Source: Hypanus sabinus
Taxonomy: Eukaryota
Assembly: GCF_030144855.1 (NCBI RefSeq)
Contig: NC_082714.1
Coordinates: 56,110,001 to 56,174,000 of the forward strand
Length of the DNA: 64,000 bases
Reading direction: 5' to 3'
Shown here: positions 1 to 13,334 of the stretch, in pieces
Position numbering within the stretch: the first letter of the stretch is position 1
Layout of the letters: each line of letters starts with the position of its first letter
Made by a program: the position numbers and the translations under genes
The notes under the pieces: generated by a model
The model's input: the letters and a program-made list of their open reading frames with translations, nothing else
What the model was told of the DNA's origin: nothing
Databases searched by the model: none

Positions 1-509
1 ATTGGGCCTTGGTTTAATATCACTTAGAGCGAACAATGCCTCTGTCAATACATCATTGCTGCAATACACTCTAGATTACGTGCTCAATCCATGAAGTTGG
101 TCACCAACTTACCGTATAAACTGACACTGGTTTATTACAAATTAACCGGCATTAGGAATGCAAAATTCTGCAGAAGAATCATTTAAACTCTGAAGTAAAT
201 TCTGATCAGATTCAATAGTTGTGGTTCTTCTGACCTACTTACGTACCAGAATGAATCCTAAGTAGCATGCCTTCTTACCAATAAACATTTCAATGTTCAG
301 AGTTCTCTATGATTGTTAAAATAACCAACTTTCTAAACTCATAGAATTTATCTTCGAGATTTTATAAACTTTTGCTCAGATCTGTCATCTCTGGTGTAAT
401 TTTGGTGGAAGTTATATTGCAACTTTCTCAGATTTTTAGAGCTTTTTTTTCAAAACACTTTTTAGGCCAGATTGATCTTACTTTGTTTTCTTGAGATTTT
501 AGAGTTGTA

Positions 510-912
510 AACTTAGTCAGCTCCATCATGGGCACTAGCCTCCATAGTATCCAGGACATCTTCAAGGAGCAATGCCCCAAAAAGGCAGTGTCCATCAGTA
601 AGGACCCCCATCACTCAGGACATGCCTTGTTCTCATTATTACCATCAGGGAGGAGGTACAGGAGCCTGAAGACACACACTCAATGATTCAGGAACAGCTC
701 CTTCCCCTCTGCAATCCAATTTCTGAATGGACATTGAATCCATGAACACTACCTCACTACTTTTTATTTTTGTTTTTGCACTACTTAATTTAACTATTTA
801 ATATATTTAGTGTAATTCACATTTTTTTCTATTATTTTGTATCACATTCTACGGCTGCCACAAAGACATCAAATTTTGCGACACATGCTAGTGATACTAA
901 ATCTGATTCTCG
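510..912 (+). mobile_element. Rex/Babar-type LINE 3' fragment
   Basis: Near-identical to the 3' part of the longer copy at 29290-29685 (ggcactagcctcc..ccaggacatcttcaa..aggaccccca); ends in the (T)CTGATT tail. Confidence 0.7.
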
Positions 913-1109
913 TTAGAGATATTGTAACAAATTCAATTAGATTTAAATGGCTGACAACATTTATTTCAGGTTTTGTTAACAGTTTTTTTGCAAATATGAG
1001 AAAACAAAATAGTAGATTAGTTAAAATTGATATAGTGTTATAGGAAGTGTTATAGGCCAGTGAGATTAAATTGGGATTGATATATAGAATAGTGTACCAC
1101 AGGACCAAG

Positions 1110-1430
1110 TTCATCAGCCCACAATATCTGCACCTGACATGATGGGAAAATAAATCAATTCCCTTCTGCCTGTATATGGTCCATATCTTCCCATTCCTGT
1201 ATACTGTATCTAATAGCCTCTTCAATTTCACCATTGTATCTGCTTCCACCACTTCTTCATCCATCCCCCAGCAGCCTGTTCCAAACACATACCGCTCTGT
1301 GTAAAAAATCTATCTACTTATAACTTTACTATGCCTCTTATGTCAACTTACAATGTTTACTGTGCTTCTTATGATTTTATAAACAACTGACAGACCTCCC
1401 CTCAGCCTCTGATGCTCCAGACAAAACAAC
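1110..1430 (-). mobile_element. CR1-type LINE 3' fragment
   Basis: Minus frame EEVVEADTMVKLKRLLD resembles the CR1 ORF2 C-terminus at 31587-31883. Confidence 0.55.
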
Positions 1431-1437
1431 CGACATA

Positions 1438-1945
1438 TTCTCAGTGGTCACTTTTTTAGGTACACCTGTCCATTAAACAAATCAGCCAATCATGTGGCAT
1501 CAACTCAATGCATAAAAGTATGCAAACATGGTCAAGAGGTTCAGTTTTTGTTCAGGTTGAACATAAGAATGGGGAAGAAATGTGAACTAAGTGACTTTGA
1601 CTTCGGAATGATGATTGGTGCCAGACGGGGTGGTTTGAGTATCTCAGAAGTTACTAATCTCCTGAGATCTTTACACACAGTCTGTAGAGTTTACAGAGAA
1701 TAGTGCAAAAAACAAAAATGTCCAGTGAACTGCAGTACTGTGGGCCAAAGTGTCTTGTTAATGAGAGAAGTTAGAGAATGATTAAACTGGTTATAGCTGA
1801 CAGGAAGGCGACAGTAACTCAAATAACACATGTTACAACAGTGGTGTGCAGAACAGCATCTCTGAATGCACAACACATCAGACCTTGGAATGAAGGTGCT
1901 GCAGCAGCTGAAGCCCTCAAACATACACCCAGTGGCTACCCCACT
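1438..1945 (+). mobile_element. Tc1-like non-autonomous DNA transposon (truncated)
   Basis: Starts CTCAGTGGTCACTTTTTTAGGTACACCTG (terminal inverted repeat, TIR); MGKKCELSDFDFGMMIGARRGGLSISE is a Tc1 N-terminal HTH remnant; same family as 40068-40622. Confidence 0.75.
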
Positions 1946-2149
1946 GTCTCTTCTACATCTTTTCCAAAGCCTTCGTATCATTTTTTGTAATGAGGCAAAT
2001 AAAATTGCACACAGCACCCCAAATGTGGCCCAAGTAAAGTTTGACGGGAATCATTTAGACAAGTACTTAAATATGCAAAGTATGTAAGTATATTGTCCTA
2101 ATACAGCAAATGAGGGTGGATTAGCAAAAACGGTCAGCATGGACAGCAT

Positions 2150-4865
2150 TAGGTAGATGAACTTGTAGTATAGTAACAGATGGACATGCATGATGACCAT
2201 AGGCATTACTGAATCATGGTCGAAAGATTATAGCTGGGAGCTTAACATCCAAGGATACACATTGTATCGAAAGGACAGGCAGGTAGGCAGAGGGGGTGGC
2301 GCGGATCTGTAGTAAAAAATGAAATCAAATCATTAGAAAAATCGTTAGTGTCAGAAGGTATTGAATCATTGTGGGTAGAGCTAAGGAACAGCAAGAGTAA
2401 AAAGACCCTGATGGAGCTTGTATACAGCCCATCAAACTATAACAAAGATGTGGTCTACAAATTACAGTGGAAGATAGAAAATGCATGCCAAAAGGGCAAT
2501 GTGACAACAGTTATAGGGTATTCCCACATGTAGGTAGATTGGGAAAGTCAGGTTAGTGCTGGATCCCAAGAGAGGGAATTTCTGGAATGTCTATGAGATA
2601 ACTCTTTAGAGCAGCTTGTGGTTGAGCACACAAGGGGATTAGTTATTCTGGATGCGATGTTGTGCAATGAACCAGAATTGATTAGGGAGCTTAAGGTAAA
2701 AGAACCCTTAGGGGCCAGTGATCGTAATATGATAGAATTCATCCTGCAATTTGAGGAGAATCCAAATGTATCTTATTACAGTGGAGTAAAGGGTATTACA
2801 GCAGCATGAGAGAAGAGCTGGCCAAAATTGTTTGGCAAAGAACCCTGGTGGGGATGATGGCAGAGCAGCGATGGCTGGAATTCCTGAAGCAATTTGGAAG
2901 GTGCAGGATATATACATTCCAAAGAGGAAGAAGTATTCTAACAGTAAGATGATACAAACATGGCTAAGAAAAGTCAAAGCCAACATAAAAGCCAAAGAGA
3001 GGGTATATAATAAAGCAAAAATTAGTGGGAAGTTAGAGGATTGGGAAGCTTTTAAAAACCAACAGAAGGCAATTTAAAAAGTCATTAAGAAGGAAAAGAT
3101 AGAATACGAAGGTAGGCTAGCCGAGAATATTAAAGAGGATACCATAAGTTTCTTTAGATACATAAAGTGTAAAAAGAGGCAAGAGTAGATATCAGACCAC
3201 TGGATAGTGATGCTGGAGAGGGTAGTAATGGGGGACAAGGAACTACCCAACAAACTGAGTAAATATTTTGCATTAGTCTTCACTGTGAAAGACACTAGCA
3301 GTATGCCAGAAGTTCAACAAGTGTGTGAAGTTGCCATTATTAGGGAGAAGGTTCTTAGGAAACTGAAAGGTCTGAAGGTAGATATGTCACTTGGATCAGA
3401 TGGTATACAGTTCTGAAAGAGGATGGCTGAAGAGATTGTGGAGGCATTAGTAATGTTCACTCAAAAATCAATTGATTCTGTCATAGTTCCAGAGGAATGG
3501 ACATTGCAAACGTCAGTCCACTCTTCAAGAAAGGAGAGAGGCAGAAGAAAGGAAATTATAGACTAGTTAGCCTGACCTCAGTAGTTAGGAAGATGTTGGA
3601 ATTGATTGTTAAGTATGTGATTTCAGGGTACATGGAGGCACATGATAAAGTAGGCTGTAGTCTGCATGGTTTCCTTAAGGGGAAATCTTGCCTGACAAAT
3701 CTGTTGGAATTTTTTGAACAAGTAGCAAGCAGGATAGACAAAGGAGAATCAGTGGATGTGTGTAATTGGATTTCAGAAGACCTTTGACAAGGTGCCACAC
3801 ATGAGGCTGCTTTACAAGATAAGAGCCTGTGGTATTACAGAAAATACACTAGCATAGATAAAGCATTGGCTGATTAGCAGGAGGCAAAGGGTGGGATAAA
3901 AGGAAGCCTTTTTGATTGACTGCCAGTGACTAACGTGTTGGGACCAATTCTTTTTACATTATACATCAATGGACAGAATTGATGGCTTTATGGCCAGGTT
4001 TGCGGACAATATGAAGATAGGTGGAGGGGCAGGTAGCTTTGAGGAAGCAGAGAGGCTACAGAAGGACTTAGACAGATTAGGAGAATGGACAAAGAAGTGG
4101 AAGATGGAATATGGTGTCAGGAAGTGTATGGTCATGCTCTTTGGTAGAAGAAATAAAAGGGTAGACTATTTTATAAACGGAGAGAAAATTCAAAAGTCTG
4201 AGGTGCAAAGGGACTTGGGATTCCCTCAAGGTTAATTTTCAGGTTGAATCAGTGGTGAGGAAGACAGGGCCAATGTTAGCATTCATTGTGAGAGGATGTA
4301 ATGATTTGGCTTTATAAAACACTAGTGAGGCCTCACTTGGAGCACTGTGAACTGTTTTAGGCCCCTAGTTTTAAGGAAGTATGTGCTGACATTGGAGAGG
4401 GTTCAAAGGAAGTTCACAAAAATGATTCCAGGATTGAAAGGCTTGTCATTTGAGGAGCATTTGATGGCCCTGGACCTCTATTCACTGGAATTGAGAAGAA
4501 TGAGAAGTGACCTCATTGAAACCTATCAAGGCACAAATAGAGTGGATGTGGAGAGGTTGTTTCCTATGGTGGGAGAGTCTAAGACCAGAGGATGCAGCCT
4601 CAGAATAGAGGTGTCCTTTTAGAATGGGGATGAGGAGGAATTTCTTTAGCCAGAGAGTGGTGAATCGGTGTAATTTGTTGCCATGGAAGGCTGTGGAGGC
4701 CAAGTAATTGGGTATGTTTGAGGCTGAAGTTGATAGATTCTTGATTAGTCAGGGCATGAAGGGATAGGGGGAGAAAGCAAGAGATTGGGGCTAAGAGGGA
4801 AAATGGATCAGCCATGGACCAAGCAAATGGCTAATTCTGCTCCTATATCTTATGGTTTTATGGTT
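2150..4865 (+). mobile_element. CR1 LINE ORF2 (endonuclease + RT), multiply frameshifted
   Basis: ORF pieces GIESLWVELRN, LGASDRNMIEF, ANVSPLFKKG..NYRLVSLTS, GKSCLTNLLEFF, FADNMK, LERVQRKFTKMIPG; CR1 3' tail. Confidence 0.9.
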
Positions 4866-5724
4866 ACAGTAGGCTGTGGGCTCAGTTACTAAGCTGAATA
4901 ACTTTATGACTCCAATGTAGAAAGTGAGACGATGGGAACAGTTTGGGATTGATACAGAAATGATAGAAAATGGGAAAACGGTGAGTGATTTGGGGTTCAT
5001 GCAGGTTTATAAGGAGAGAAAAGGGCAGTGTTAATAGCCTAAGACTGATACAAAGCTAAACACTGGTGCACTGGGATTATCTTGGGGCTACATCAAGCTT
5101 GCCCCCAAGGGCATGCCTAAGAAGCAGTCATGGTCTGGATTGCATAGACTCTGGGACTAGCACAAAAGGATTCCTTTGGCTTTGATACCAAGCTAGGGAG
5201 AATGGGGTAGCAGAATTGATATAGGGCTAGGGGAAGAGAGAATGACAGAAGGATTTGTTTCAGATTGGTAAAAGTCTCTGAGAAGTAATTAGCTAATGGC
5301 AGTTGAAGACGTAGTTGGGAAACTGCCCTTTTTGTGCTGTAAACATTTCAGAACAGAGAGTTGATTGAAGCTAGTTCATGATCATGGGTTACTTGCTGGA
5401 GATAAAGTTATCCGAAGAACAAGTTTCCGTTTGTGCCCCAGTCCTGGAATCACATGCTGTAAATCTATGAGTAAATAGCAATTATTTCTGTCTTTGCAAC
5501 TGGTCGCTGTGTTTTTGCTGTGTTGTTCTCATTCCCCCTCTCCAGCTCTCCCTTTGTTAACCCTCTCAGTTCATTAGCCTGCATGTTGAGTATCAGTGAA
5601 CAGTTGGACTCTGGAGTCTTGCATCTTTCAGTACGATGCAACTCGGTCCAGGTCACGGCAAGCTACCCGGCTTCTTGCTAAGCTAATATACGGGTTATTA
5701 CCTTTAATACCATCGTACCTTCTT

Positions 5725-6262
5725 TGAGCCCCACTGAGGGTGTCCTGGCACGATGTGTTTCCATCGGGTGTGGGAGCAACCGAGCATCGGACCGGAAGTC
5801 CCTACAAGGGACTGAGAGAACAGCCGAGAGGATCGTGGGGGTCTCCCTACCATCCATCGGGGACATTTATCAGAAGCGCTACATACGTAGGGGCCTCAGT
5901 GTTATTAAGGTCCCACCCATCCATCCAGCATCCTCTTTGACTTTCTACCATCAGACTGATGCATAAAAAAGGGTCAGGATGGGAACCAGCTTCTTTCCGC
6001 GGGTCGTCAGGCTCTCAACTCTGTCGCATTGCTTTCGCAGAGTTAGTGGTGAATCTGTTCCGTACTTCACAATATTTAATTTATGCACTTTAGTTTGTTG
6101 TTTATGCGTAATTCATCTGTAGATTTTATCCTTACTATCATAAGTTACTGTATGTGTTTTACATCCTGGTTCGGAGAAAACATTGTCTTGTTTCTATATA
6201 CATTATATGGTTATGTACGTTATATACATGTATGTAGTTATATAACAATAAACTTGACTTAT
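5725..6262 (+). mobile_element. Rex/Babar-type LINE 3' fragment
   Basis: EGVLARCVSIGCGSNRASDRKSLQGTERTAERIVGVSLPSIGDIY C-terminal motif; AATAAA plus CTTGA tail near 6250. Confidence 0.65.
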
Positions 6263-6616
6263 CTTAGTCATTACTTTAGTCAGTACAGTATCACTGTAAC
6301 TGATACATTGTTAACTGATTTATCAAACTATCGATTATTACTTCAACTATACACTCTGGACACAGAGTTACTACATACACCGTTACTTGAATTCAAATTT
6401 GGTAACAATGCATTATTTCAGTCCCATTACTCAGCCACTCTGGCCCACTCTGTAAATCTCACAGCCTCTACCGCTAATTAATTTCATAAATTAGCACAGT
6501 AAGAATCTATTCCAGTATTAATCTAATTCATATCCTAATCCTGTAGTCTTAATACAGTCACTCTAAATCTATGTAAGTACTGACATGCCACTTCATTAAA
6601 CCGTGATCAAACTCAC

Positions 6617-6706
6617 CTCTACGTTCCCACAAGTGGTGAACGCGGTGAAAATGAGCATAAAGCCCACACCTAGAAGGTAAACGTTCCCCACTCGGCAATC
6701 ACCCAT
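6617..6706 (-). CDS. First coding exon of an MFSD11/UNC93-like MFS transporter; gene continues leftwards and exon 2 was not found in the window
   Basis: ATG at 6706; 30 open codons MGDCRVGNVYLLGVGFMLIFTAFTTCGNVE followed by a GTGAGT donor (phase 0); matches the recalled MFSD11 TM1 motif LGVAFMFMFTAFQTCGNVA; CpG-rich region immediately upstream. Confidence 0.85.
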
Positions 6707-6880
6707 CGAGACCGTGGACTGCCACTGCGCCAGCCGCGAACTCCCTGTGCAGCCGTCAGTCAGTCAGCCAGACGCGGCGGAGCATAAAGAGGCGGGCGGA
6801 GAACTCACTCCGACTTTGACGGACAGATCAATTGCTTTTGCCGGGTCTCGGAGGGACCGGACAAGGACAGCGGGTTGAGG
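6700..6880 (-). promoter_or_regulatory. CpG-rich promoter / 5' UTR of the MFSD11-like gene
   Basis: Local CpG enrichment against a CpG-depleted background; GGCGGGCGG GC box near 6791. Confidence 0.6.
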
Positions 6881-7969
6881 ATATCAGGTTCATGTTAAAT
6901 AAACCATCAGGAACCGATTCTATTGCCTTAATGGTACAAGAATAATTGTTAAATGAAAAGATTTAGTTATCTCGAGTCCCACAATGAGTGAAGTACTCTT
7001 GAAGTACAGTCAATCAGAATAACGTCGTGGCGTGTGGGACTGATGCAGGGAACCATCCATGATCCAAGTCCCTTCTTTCCCCTGTAAATGATTTCCCTTC
7101 GAGAATTTACACAATTCCCCTTTGAAATTTACTATTAAATTTGTTTTCAGGCATATTCAGAACTTCAAAGCATCACATTTTTCCTCATGTTTCACAAATA
7201 TCAGGGCTGGATCCCATTCATATTTATGCTCAGTGTCACCCTGGATCAAACACAAATTTCTGGATTTGAAGATGACCCCAAATTGGGAGGAATGGATGAC
7301 TGGATAATGGATTACTGAGGATGACTGCAAAAACATACAGAGACAGTGGAGGTCCGAATAAATCAATTCAGACTTTATCTTTTAGCCACGGCCAGCAATT
7401 GCCAATAACACTGCTCCATGTCTTTCAACACTAAACAGCTGCAGAACAACAAAAGCACGGTCGCTGGCAGCAAGGAAAGAGTTAACATTTCAAAGCCATG
7501 GCCTTTCATCATAACTTTATAAAGATGGAAATGTGACTTTTAACATGGAGAGGCAGAGAAAATAAAGGACACTATTCACTTTAAGAGAGACTGAAGGATA
7601 CATAACTAGTGACATGGTAAAGATTACTGTGGTGCAATTATGCGGAGCAGAATACCAAATTCTCAGCCTGACCTGACGAATTTCCTGTTTTATTTTGAAT
7701 TTCAAACATTTGCAGTAGTCCACTATTAGATTACAGGGGAATTAACTGTTACTTCACTTCCAGGAACACCAGTTTTGAAGAAACTCTACTCTGTTCACTG
7801 ACTTGCTAGCTGACCTTCATTGCTTTCTATTTCCCTTCTGAAGTGTGATGTTATTTGCCAAAACTCATTTCTGCAGCCACCAGCTGGTGAACTTAAATCA
7901 GTATTAGGGAGCACATTGATAATCTAATTTTACCTTTCTAATTACTCACTTCAACCTACTACCCCCTGA

Positions 7970-10900
7970 GCCTATGGGATTCCCAACACCACAGGAGACA
8001 GAGAAGTGGGTAACAATCAGGGGAGGGAAGCAGGTACTAGAGAATACCCCAGTGGCTGTCCCCCTTAACAATAAGTACTCCTGTTTGAGTACTGCTGGGG
8101 GTGGGGGGGACAGCCTACCTGGAGTAAGCAGTAGTGGCTGTGCCTCTGGCACAGAGTCTGGCCCTGTGGCTCAGAAGGGTAGGGAAAGGAAGAGGATGGC
8201 AGCAATGATAGGGAACTCTATAGTTAAAGGGTCAGATAGGAGATTCTGTGGATGCAGGAAAGAAACACAGATGGTAGTTTGCCTCCCAGGTGCCGGGGTC
8301 CATGTTTCAGATCGCATCCAAGATATCCTGCAGTGGGAGGAAGTACAGCCAGAGGTGGTGGTACATATTGGTACCAATGACATAGGTAGGAAAAGGGAGG
8401 AGGTCCTGAAAACAGACTACAGGGAGTTAGGAAAGAAGTTGAGAAACAGGACCTCAAAGGTAGTAATCTCAGGATTACTGCCTGTGCCATGTGTCAGTGA
8501 GTATAGGGGTAGAATGAGGTGGAGGATAAATGTGTGGCTAAGGTATTGGAGCAGGGGGCAGGGAATCAGATTTCTGGATCATTGGGACCTCTTCTGGGGC
8601 AGGTGTGACTTGTACAAAAAGGAAGGGTTGCACTTGAATCCGAGGGAGACCAATATACTGGTGGGAAAGTTTGCTAAGACTGTTGGGGAGAGTTTAAACT
8701 AGAATTACTGGGGGATGGGAACCAAACTGAAGTGACGGAGGAAAGGGAGGTTGGCTCACAAATAGAGAAAGCTTGGAGGCAGTGCGAAAGGGAGGATAGG
8801 CAGGTGATAGAGAAGAGACATTCTCAGACCGATGGTTTGAGATGTGTCTACAGTATTTTAATGCGAGGAGTATTATGAATAAAGCAGATGAGCTTAGAAC
8901 GTGGATCAGCACTTGGAGCTATGATGTTGTGGATGATATGTAGATAAGCCTGCAAGAGGAGAGGCTGTACTTGATCTGGTATTGGGAAATGAACCTGGTC
9001 TGGTGTCAGATCTCTCAGTGGGAGAGCATTCTGGAGATAGTGATCACAATTCTATCTCCTTCACCATAGCATTGGAGAGGGATAGGAACAGACCAGTTAG
9101 GGAAACGTTTAATTTAAGTACGGGGAAATATGAGACCATCAGGCAGGAACTTGGAAGCATAAATTGGAAACAGATGTTCTCAGGGAAACATATGGAAGAA
9201 ATGTGGCAAATGTTCAGGAGGTATTTACGTGGGGTTCTAAGTAGATACGTTCCAATGAGACGTGGAAAGGATGGTAGCTTACAGGAACCGTGGTGCACAA
9301 AGGCTGTTGTAAGTCTAGTCAAGAAGAAAAGAAGAGCTTACAAAAGGTTCAAAAAACTAGGTAATGATATGAATCTGGAGGATTTTAAGGCCTACAGGAA
9401 GGAGCTTAAGAATGATATTAGGAGAGCCAGAAGGGGCCATGAGAAGGCCTTGGCGGACAGGATTAAGGAAAACTCCGAGGCATTCTACAGGTATGTGAAG
9501 AGCAGGAGGATAAGACATGAGAGAATAGGACTAATCAAGTGGGACAGTGGAGAAGAGTGAATGGAACTGGAGGAAATAGTGGAGGTACTTAGTGAATACT
9601 TTGCTTCAGTATTCACTATGGAAAAGGATCTTGGTGATTGTAGGGATGACTTGAAGCAGACTGAAAAGCTTGAGCATGTAGATATTATGAAAGAGGATGT
9701 GCTGGGGAAAGCATCAAGTTGGATATGTCACCGGGACTGGATGGGATGTACACCAGGCTACTGTGGGAAGCGAGAGAGGAGATTGCTGAGCCTCTGGCAA
9801 TGATCTTTGCATCATCAATGAGGACAGAAGAGGTTCTGGAGGACTGGAGGGTTGCAGATGTTGTTCCCTTATTTAAGAAAGGGAGTAGGGATAGCCCAAG
9901 AAATTATAGACCAGTGAGTCTTACTTCAGTGGTTGGTAAGTTGATAGAGAAGATCCTGAGAGGCAGGATTTATGAACATTTGGAGAGGCATAATATGATT
10001 AGGAATAGTCAGCATGGCTTTGTCAAAGGCAGGTCATGCCTTACGAGCCTGATTGAATTTTTTGAGGATGTGACTAACACATTGATGAAGGTAAAGCTGT
10101 AGATGTAGTGTACGGTATATGGATTTCAGCAAGGCATTTGATAAGGTACCCCATGCAAGGCTTATTAAGAAAGTAAGGAGGCATGGGATCCAAGGGGACA
10201 TTGTTTTGAAGATCCAGAACTGGCTTGCCCACAGAAGGCAAAGAGTGGTTGTAGACAGATCATATTCTGCATGGAGGCTGGTGACCAGTGGTGTGCCTCG
10301 GGGATCTGTTCTGGGACCCCTACTTTTTGTGATTTTTATAAATGACCTAGATGAGGAAGTGGAGGGATGGGTTAGTAAATTTGCTGATGACACAAAGGTT
10401 GGGGGTGTTGTGGATAGTGTGGAGGGTTGTCAGAGGTTACAGCGGGACATTGATAGGATGCAAAACTGGGCTGATAAGTGGCAGATGGAGTTCAACCTAG
10501 ATAAGTGTCAGGTGGTTCATTTTGGTAGGTCAATATGATGGCAGAATATAGTATTAATGGTAAGACTCTTGGCAGTGTGGAGGATCAGAGGGACCTTGGG
10601 GTCCGAGTCCATAGGACACTCAAAGCTGTTGCGCAAGTTGACTCTGTGATTAAGAAAGCATATGGTGCATTGGCCTTCATCAATCGTGGGACTGAGTTTA
10701 GGAGCTGAGAGGTAATGTTGCAGCTATATAGGACCCTGGTCAGACTCCAGTTGGAGTACTGTGCTCATTTCTGATTGCCTCACTATAGGAAGGATGTGGA
10801 AACCATAGAAAGGGTGCAGAGGAGATTTACAAGCATATTGCCTGGTTTGGGGAGCATGCCTTATGAAAATAGGTTGAATGAACTCGGCCTTTTCTCCTTG

Positions 10901-11290
10901 GAGCGACGGAGGATGAGAGGGGACCTGATAGAGGTGTTCAAGATAATGAGAGGCATTGATCACGTGGACAGTCAGAGGCTTTTCCTCCAAGGCTGAAATG
11001 GCTAGCATGAGGGGGCATAGTGTTAAGGTACTTGGAAGTAGGTACAGAGGAGATGTCCGGGGTGAGTTACTTTACGCAGAGAGTTATGACTGTGTGGAAT
11101 GTGCTGCCGGCGGGTGGTGGTGGAGGTGTAAATGAGAGGGTCTTTTAAGAGACTCCAGGATGGCTACACCGAGCTTAGAAAAATAGAGGTCTATGGGTAA
11201 AGCCTAGGCAGTTCTAAGGTAGGGACATGATTTGCACAGCTTTGTGGGCTGAAGGGCCTGTATTGTGCTGTAGGTTTTCTATGTGACCGT
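7970..11290 (+). mobile_element. CR1 LINE, second subfamily: ORF1 esterase plus ORF2 with an internal endonuclease deletion
   Basis: ORF2 pieces GDSDHNSI, PLFKKGSRDSPRNYRPVSLTS, MDFSKAFDKV, GVPRGSVLGP, KFADDTK; CR1 3' tail GGCCTGTATTGTGCTGTAGGTTTTCTATG. Confidence 0.92.
7974..8702 (+). pseudogene. CR1 ORF1 SGNH/GDSL esterase domain (242 aa open frame)
   Basis: Blocks IGNSIV (GDS-like), CLPGA, HIGTND, EGLHLN; lies directly upstream of CR1 ORF2. Confidence 0.85.
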
Positions 11291-11344
11291 TTCTAATGAA
11301 CAAGCACAACACTGTCGTCACAGAATCTGATTCAATATTGGAAG

Positions 11345-11680
11345 TCCTAGGTAGAGTGGAAGTGGATTAGATATTTCCTAAAGTGCCTGAATCTAGGATT
11401 AGAGGGCACAGCTTCAGAATAGAAGGATATCCCTTTAGAACAGAGATGAAGAGGAATTTCCTCAGCCAGAGGGTGGTGAACTTATGGAATACAATGCCAC
11501 AGGTGACAAATCATTAGGTATATTTAAAGCTGAGTTCGATATGTTCTTGATTGGTAAGTGTCAAAGGTTATAGGGAGAAGGCACAAGGAAGGGGTTGAGA
11601 GGGATAATGAATCAGCCATAGTCAAATGGCGGAGTAGGTGCGATGGGCCAAGTGGCCTAAGTCTTGTGGGCTGCAAGGGC
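11345..11680 (+). mobile_element. CR1 3' fragment
   Basis: Similar to 4540-4850 (ccctttagaacagagatgaagaggaatttc..agccagagggtggtgaa). Confidence 0.75.
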
Positions 11681-11788
11681 AATGCCATTGTTATTTGAAA
11701 CAACGGTGTCTATTTTGCAGGCTTTGAAAGCTTATTCTGTGATACTTCCTCATTACCTCCCTCTCATTCACCCTGATTTCATGGATAG

Positions 11789-12479
11789 TGTTACGCCTGT
11801 GCTTCCCCCCCCCCCCCCCTTTTTGAGAATCGCAAGATCGTTATTAAGTCAGGTCGGGAGACCCAGGCAATGAACCGAGGGGGGGTTGGTGGAGGGATTG
11901 CATCATCCCAACCTGATTGACATCTGAGACCCTGTGAGTCAGGATAAAAGAGGGTCTGGGGAACAGCCCCTTCAGACACACCAGAAGAAACGCTCGAAAT
12001 CCTGTAACAGCGTTTAATAGCGAAAGCCGGTGGAAAGCCACGTGCGTCCTTTTCAGTTTGCCTCGGAATTGGTGGGCTTTGCCACAGGAGAACGGCTTTA
12101 GCTAACAACAAAGGGGAAATCAACCCCCAACGACTCTCAAAGGATTGACATCATAAAAGGAATGGGCAAGTTAAACATCCATCTTTCTCTCCAACCAAAA
12201 GCTGCAGCTTGAATGAACTTGAGTGACTTTTATATTTCCATCGGACAATACATTATCCCCTAGACAACGATAGAGCTATTTCTTATTGATTTAGATTTTT
12301 AGATTTCTTATTGATTTACACTTTTAGATTTAGTATTGATGACGTATATTATCTGTATGTTTGCATTGATATTATTTTTGTGTATTTTATCAATAAATAC
12401 TGTTAAAAATAGTACCATCAGACTTCAACGGACCTCTCTATCTTTGCTGGTAAGTGACCCAGTTACGGGATACGTAACA
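11789..12479 (+). mobile_element. Solo LTR (internally deleted copy)
   Basis: TGTTACG...CGTAACA termini; flanks ATAG/ACAG (4-bp TSD, 1 mismatch); high identity to 13335-14170. Confidence 0.85.
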
Positions 12480-12889
12480 ACAGTAAAAGATAGAATTTTC
12501 TCAAGTAATCTTCCCTCCCAACAGCCCATTTTCTCCTCCTCCCTAAGATTGAAAAATGAGACATTATTGGCAGATTCATTGTTTATCCTGTTCTTATCCC
12601 ACTGAACTCTTTTCCTACGTTATTTTTGCTTCGCTTGTCTACCTTTTTTCAGGAGCACCTGGAAACATGGTGAAGTAAGTGCACGTCTTCCCAGCCAGTG
12701 AACAAAGTCTGACCCAGCCTGCGGTAGAATCTGTTGATCCTACATTGGTTTTGTCAATCCACTTGGAACCCACAGAACTGGAGTGGAACTAAGTCATTTT
12801 CAACTTTCAGGGAATTCCTAAGGGGAAAATACCTGAACAGTATTTAGGAATGGGTTGATAAAAAGCAAGTGACATTTGCACCACAGAAT

Positions 12890-13190
12890 TTTTGTCTGAT
12901 GACTTACCATTCAATGGCATTGTCATTACTGAGACCCCCACCATCAAAATACTGGAGGGTCGTCATTGCCAGAAACTCAGCTGGGTCAGCTGCATAAATA
13001 CTCTGGCTACAAGAACAGGTCAGAGGCTGTATATCTCATGGTGGTGACCTGTCTTCTGATACCCCCAATGCCTCTCTGCCATCTCCAAGGCAAGAAGAAG
13101 GAATGTGATGGAAAATATGCTTCACTTCTCTGGATAGGTGCAGATTTGACAACTCTCAAGAGGTTCAACACTGTCCAGGACAAACCCATC
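12890..13190 (+). mobile_element. Old LINE (CR1/L2 group) RT C-terminal remnant
   Basis: Degenerate motifs such as MENYAS/WIGA..TTLKRFNTVQDK. Confidence 0.45.
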
Positions 13191-13334
13191 CACTGGCTTA
13201 AGCATTCATCTTTAAGTGACAATGAACAAAGCTGTAAGTGCTGGAAATCTGAAACAGTTGCACTACTTAATCAATTTTAATTAATTTAACTATTGCATAT
13301 ATAATTACTGTAATTCACAGTTTTTATTATGTAT

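Noticed and set aside
100-260. Minus-strand GTAAGT donors as MFSD11-like exon 2
   Set aside because: The adjacent frames have stops or are too short, and none encodes the expected QTV..GSGY motif
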